43,640 nt of DNA, from NCBI GenBank assembly GCA_001275005.1, contig JWZX01003392.1, forward strand, positions 1-43,640. The letters are read 5' to 3'. Of the stretch, positions 42,388 through 43,640 are shown one piece after another. The notes under the pieces are model-generated. The model saw only the letters and a list, made by a program, of their open reading frames with translations, was not told where the DNA came from and searched no databases. Position numbers and translations under genes: made by a program. Every line of letters starts with the position of its first letter. Position 1 is the stretch's first letter. The DNA comes from Chrysochromulina tobinii (taxonomy: Eukaryota).

Positions 42388-43437
42388 GTGACGTGTGCGA
42401 GGTGTTCGACCTTCACGCTTGGTTTGAGTTTGGTCTTTGCGTGTTGGTGTGTTGTGAATGAAAGGAAGCGCAGACCAGCACACGCTGTGGACGCTCCGCT
42501 CCTTGGACGAATGGACAGCCGACCAATACCCGGGTGGCATAGGATAGGTCAGCAAGCGGTCGGAGGAAACGTGCCATGTCAGCAATCGCCTCGGGCGGAA
42601 TTCCTTCGAGGCCACCTGCCCAAGGAACTGGTCGGCGGCAGCTGTGCAGTCGTTGGCAGCTCTGATTTGTTGCGCCTTTCACCCCGCGGCCAAGAGATCG
42701 ACAGCCACAAGCTTGTCTGGAGGCTGAACAACGCGCCTACGGCCGGTTGGGAGTTTGCAGTGGGTCGGCGCACCTCCTTGCGAGTTGTGAATCATGTCCC
42801 TATTGAGAAGTGGGTGTTGCTCGCCACCAATCGCAGTGCGCTGAGAAAGACCAAAGACGGCGACGAGTACGACGCGCTACTATGTGCGCCGAGCCAGGTC
42901 GAGCACGGATGCATCGTGAGCACACAGGGCGCTGGCCGAGTGTTTGCGTCGAAAGCATTTTCGTCGAAGCTTGACAAGTACCAGCAGCAATATCCGTCTC
43001 ATCGACTATTCACGTTGAGCGACGCGCTGCTCCGATACGGAGCGCGCTGCAACAGCGAGCTGCGGGGAAGTGCGCCCTCCGGCGGGCTGCTGACCGTGCT
43101 ACTCGCGCTTGCAGTGTGCGACTCGGTCAGACTATATGGCTTTTGGCCCTTTTGCTGTCGAGCCCATCGAGGTTGGCCGAGCATGAACTACAAGTACTCG
43201 CAGGGCAATCGCACACGCTGGGTCTGCTGCTCACGAGACCGTGAGAAGATGGAGCTCGAATTCGTCTTCTACGAAGCTCTCGCGCGGAGGGGCCGACTGA
43301 GTCTCGTAGTGGGGCAGCCGCCTGGCGTGAACGCATCTCCTGAACCTGTGACAGGAGCTGAGCACGTCGCGTCGAGACTGCAGACTCAGATGCGGTTTGG
43401 GAACCGCGTAGCCGTAGAGTCAGAAAAGCGCATGTAG
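42388..43437 (+). CDS. GT29 sialyltransferase-like type II membrane protein; true start unresolved
   Basis: N-terminal TM, sialylmotif L (CAVVGSS..LL....GQEIDSH..VWRLNNAP..G....VGRRT) and motif S (PSGGLLTVLLALAVCDSVRLYGFWPF). Confidence 0.88.
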   Translation: MTCARCSTFTLGLSLVFACWCVVNERKRRPAHAVDAPLLGRMDSRPIPGWHRIGQQAVGGNVPCQQSPRAEFLRGHLPKELVGGSCAVVGSSDLLRLSPRGQEIDSHKLVWRLNNAPTAGWEFAVGRRTSLRVVNHVPIEKWVLLATNRSALRKTKDGDEYDALLCAPSQVEHGCIVSTQGAGRVFASKAFSSKLDKYQQQYPSHRLFTLSDALLRYGARCNSELRGSAPSGGLLTVLLALAVCDSVRLYGFWPFCCRAHRGWPSMNYKYSQGNRTRWVCCSRDREKMELEFVFYEALARRGRLSLVVGQPPGVNASPEPVTGAEHVASRLQTQMRFGNRVAVESEKRM

Positions 43438-43640
43438 TTTTCGAGATATGAGCTTTCCATGATACTTGATAGCAACCACTCTAAATGCGACTGGGCTCCT
43501 CGGGTAGAGGGGAGCCAGCCGGTAAGAACCTGCCTGAGGGGGACCTCGGCACAGGCATAGGGGTCGTTGAGCCCCGAGAGGTAGGAGACTGGTGCTTAGA
43601 CTGAACAGGGTCACGAACACTCTCGTCTCACCCCTGAGAA

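Noticed and set aside
43630..43640. CTGAGAA as a hammerhead ribozyme core
   Set aside because: It does not match CUGANGA and is truncated by the window end.

Overview
Gene-dense, GC-rich eukaryotic nuclear DNA, most consistent with a haptophyte alga (inferred from a bipartite plastid-targeting leader, short GT..(GC)AG introns and the gene repertoire). About 19 protein-coding genes are supported: plastid-type pseudouridine synthase, VTI1 SNARE, IRE/Rim15/Greatwall-like kinase, TM+PB1-like protein, MPP-beta, Cys-rich membrane protein, TPR-prolyl 4-hydroxylase, 7-repeat beta-propeller membrane protein, ankyrin-TPR-DnaJ, FKBP15-like, OafA-type acyltransferase-SGNH, TIMELESS, LRR protein, OGFOD2-like oxygenase, GT47 exostosin, FN3 membrane protein, GH16-fold membrane protein, TPR membrane protein and GT29 sialyltransferase-like protein. 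Four introns can be reconstructed by eye and three genes carry apparent frameshifts. No rRNA, tRNA or CRISPR array was found. Highlights are a right half rich in cell-surface and glycan genes, several with altered catalytic motifs (GH16, GT29, 2OG oxygenase), unusual domain fusions, a retrotransposon endonuclease relic, and a hairpin-rich non-coding segment at the window end. All family calls come from motif recognition, not database searches.
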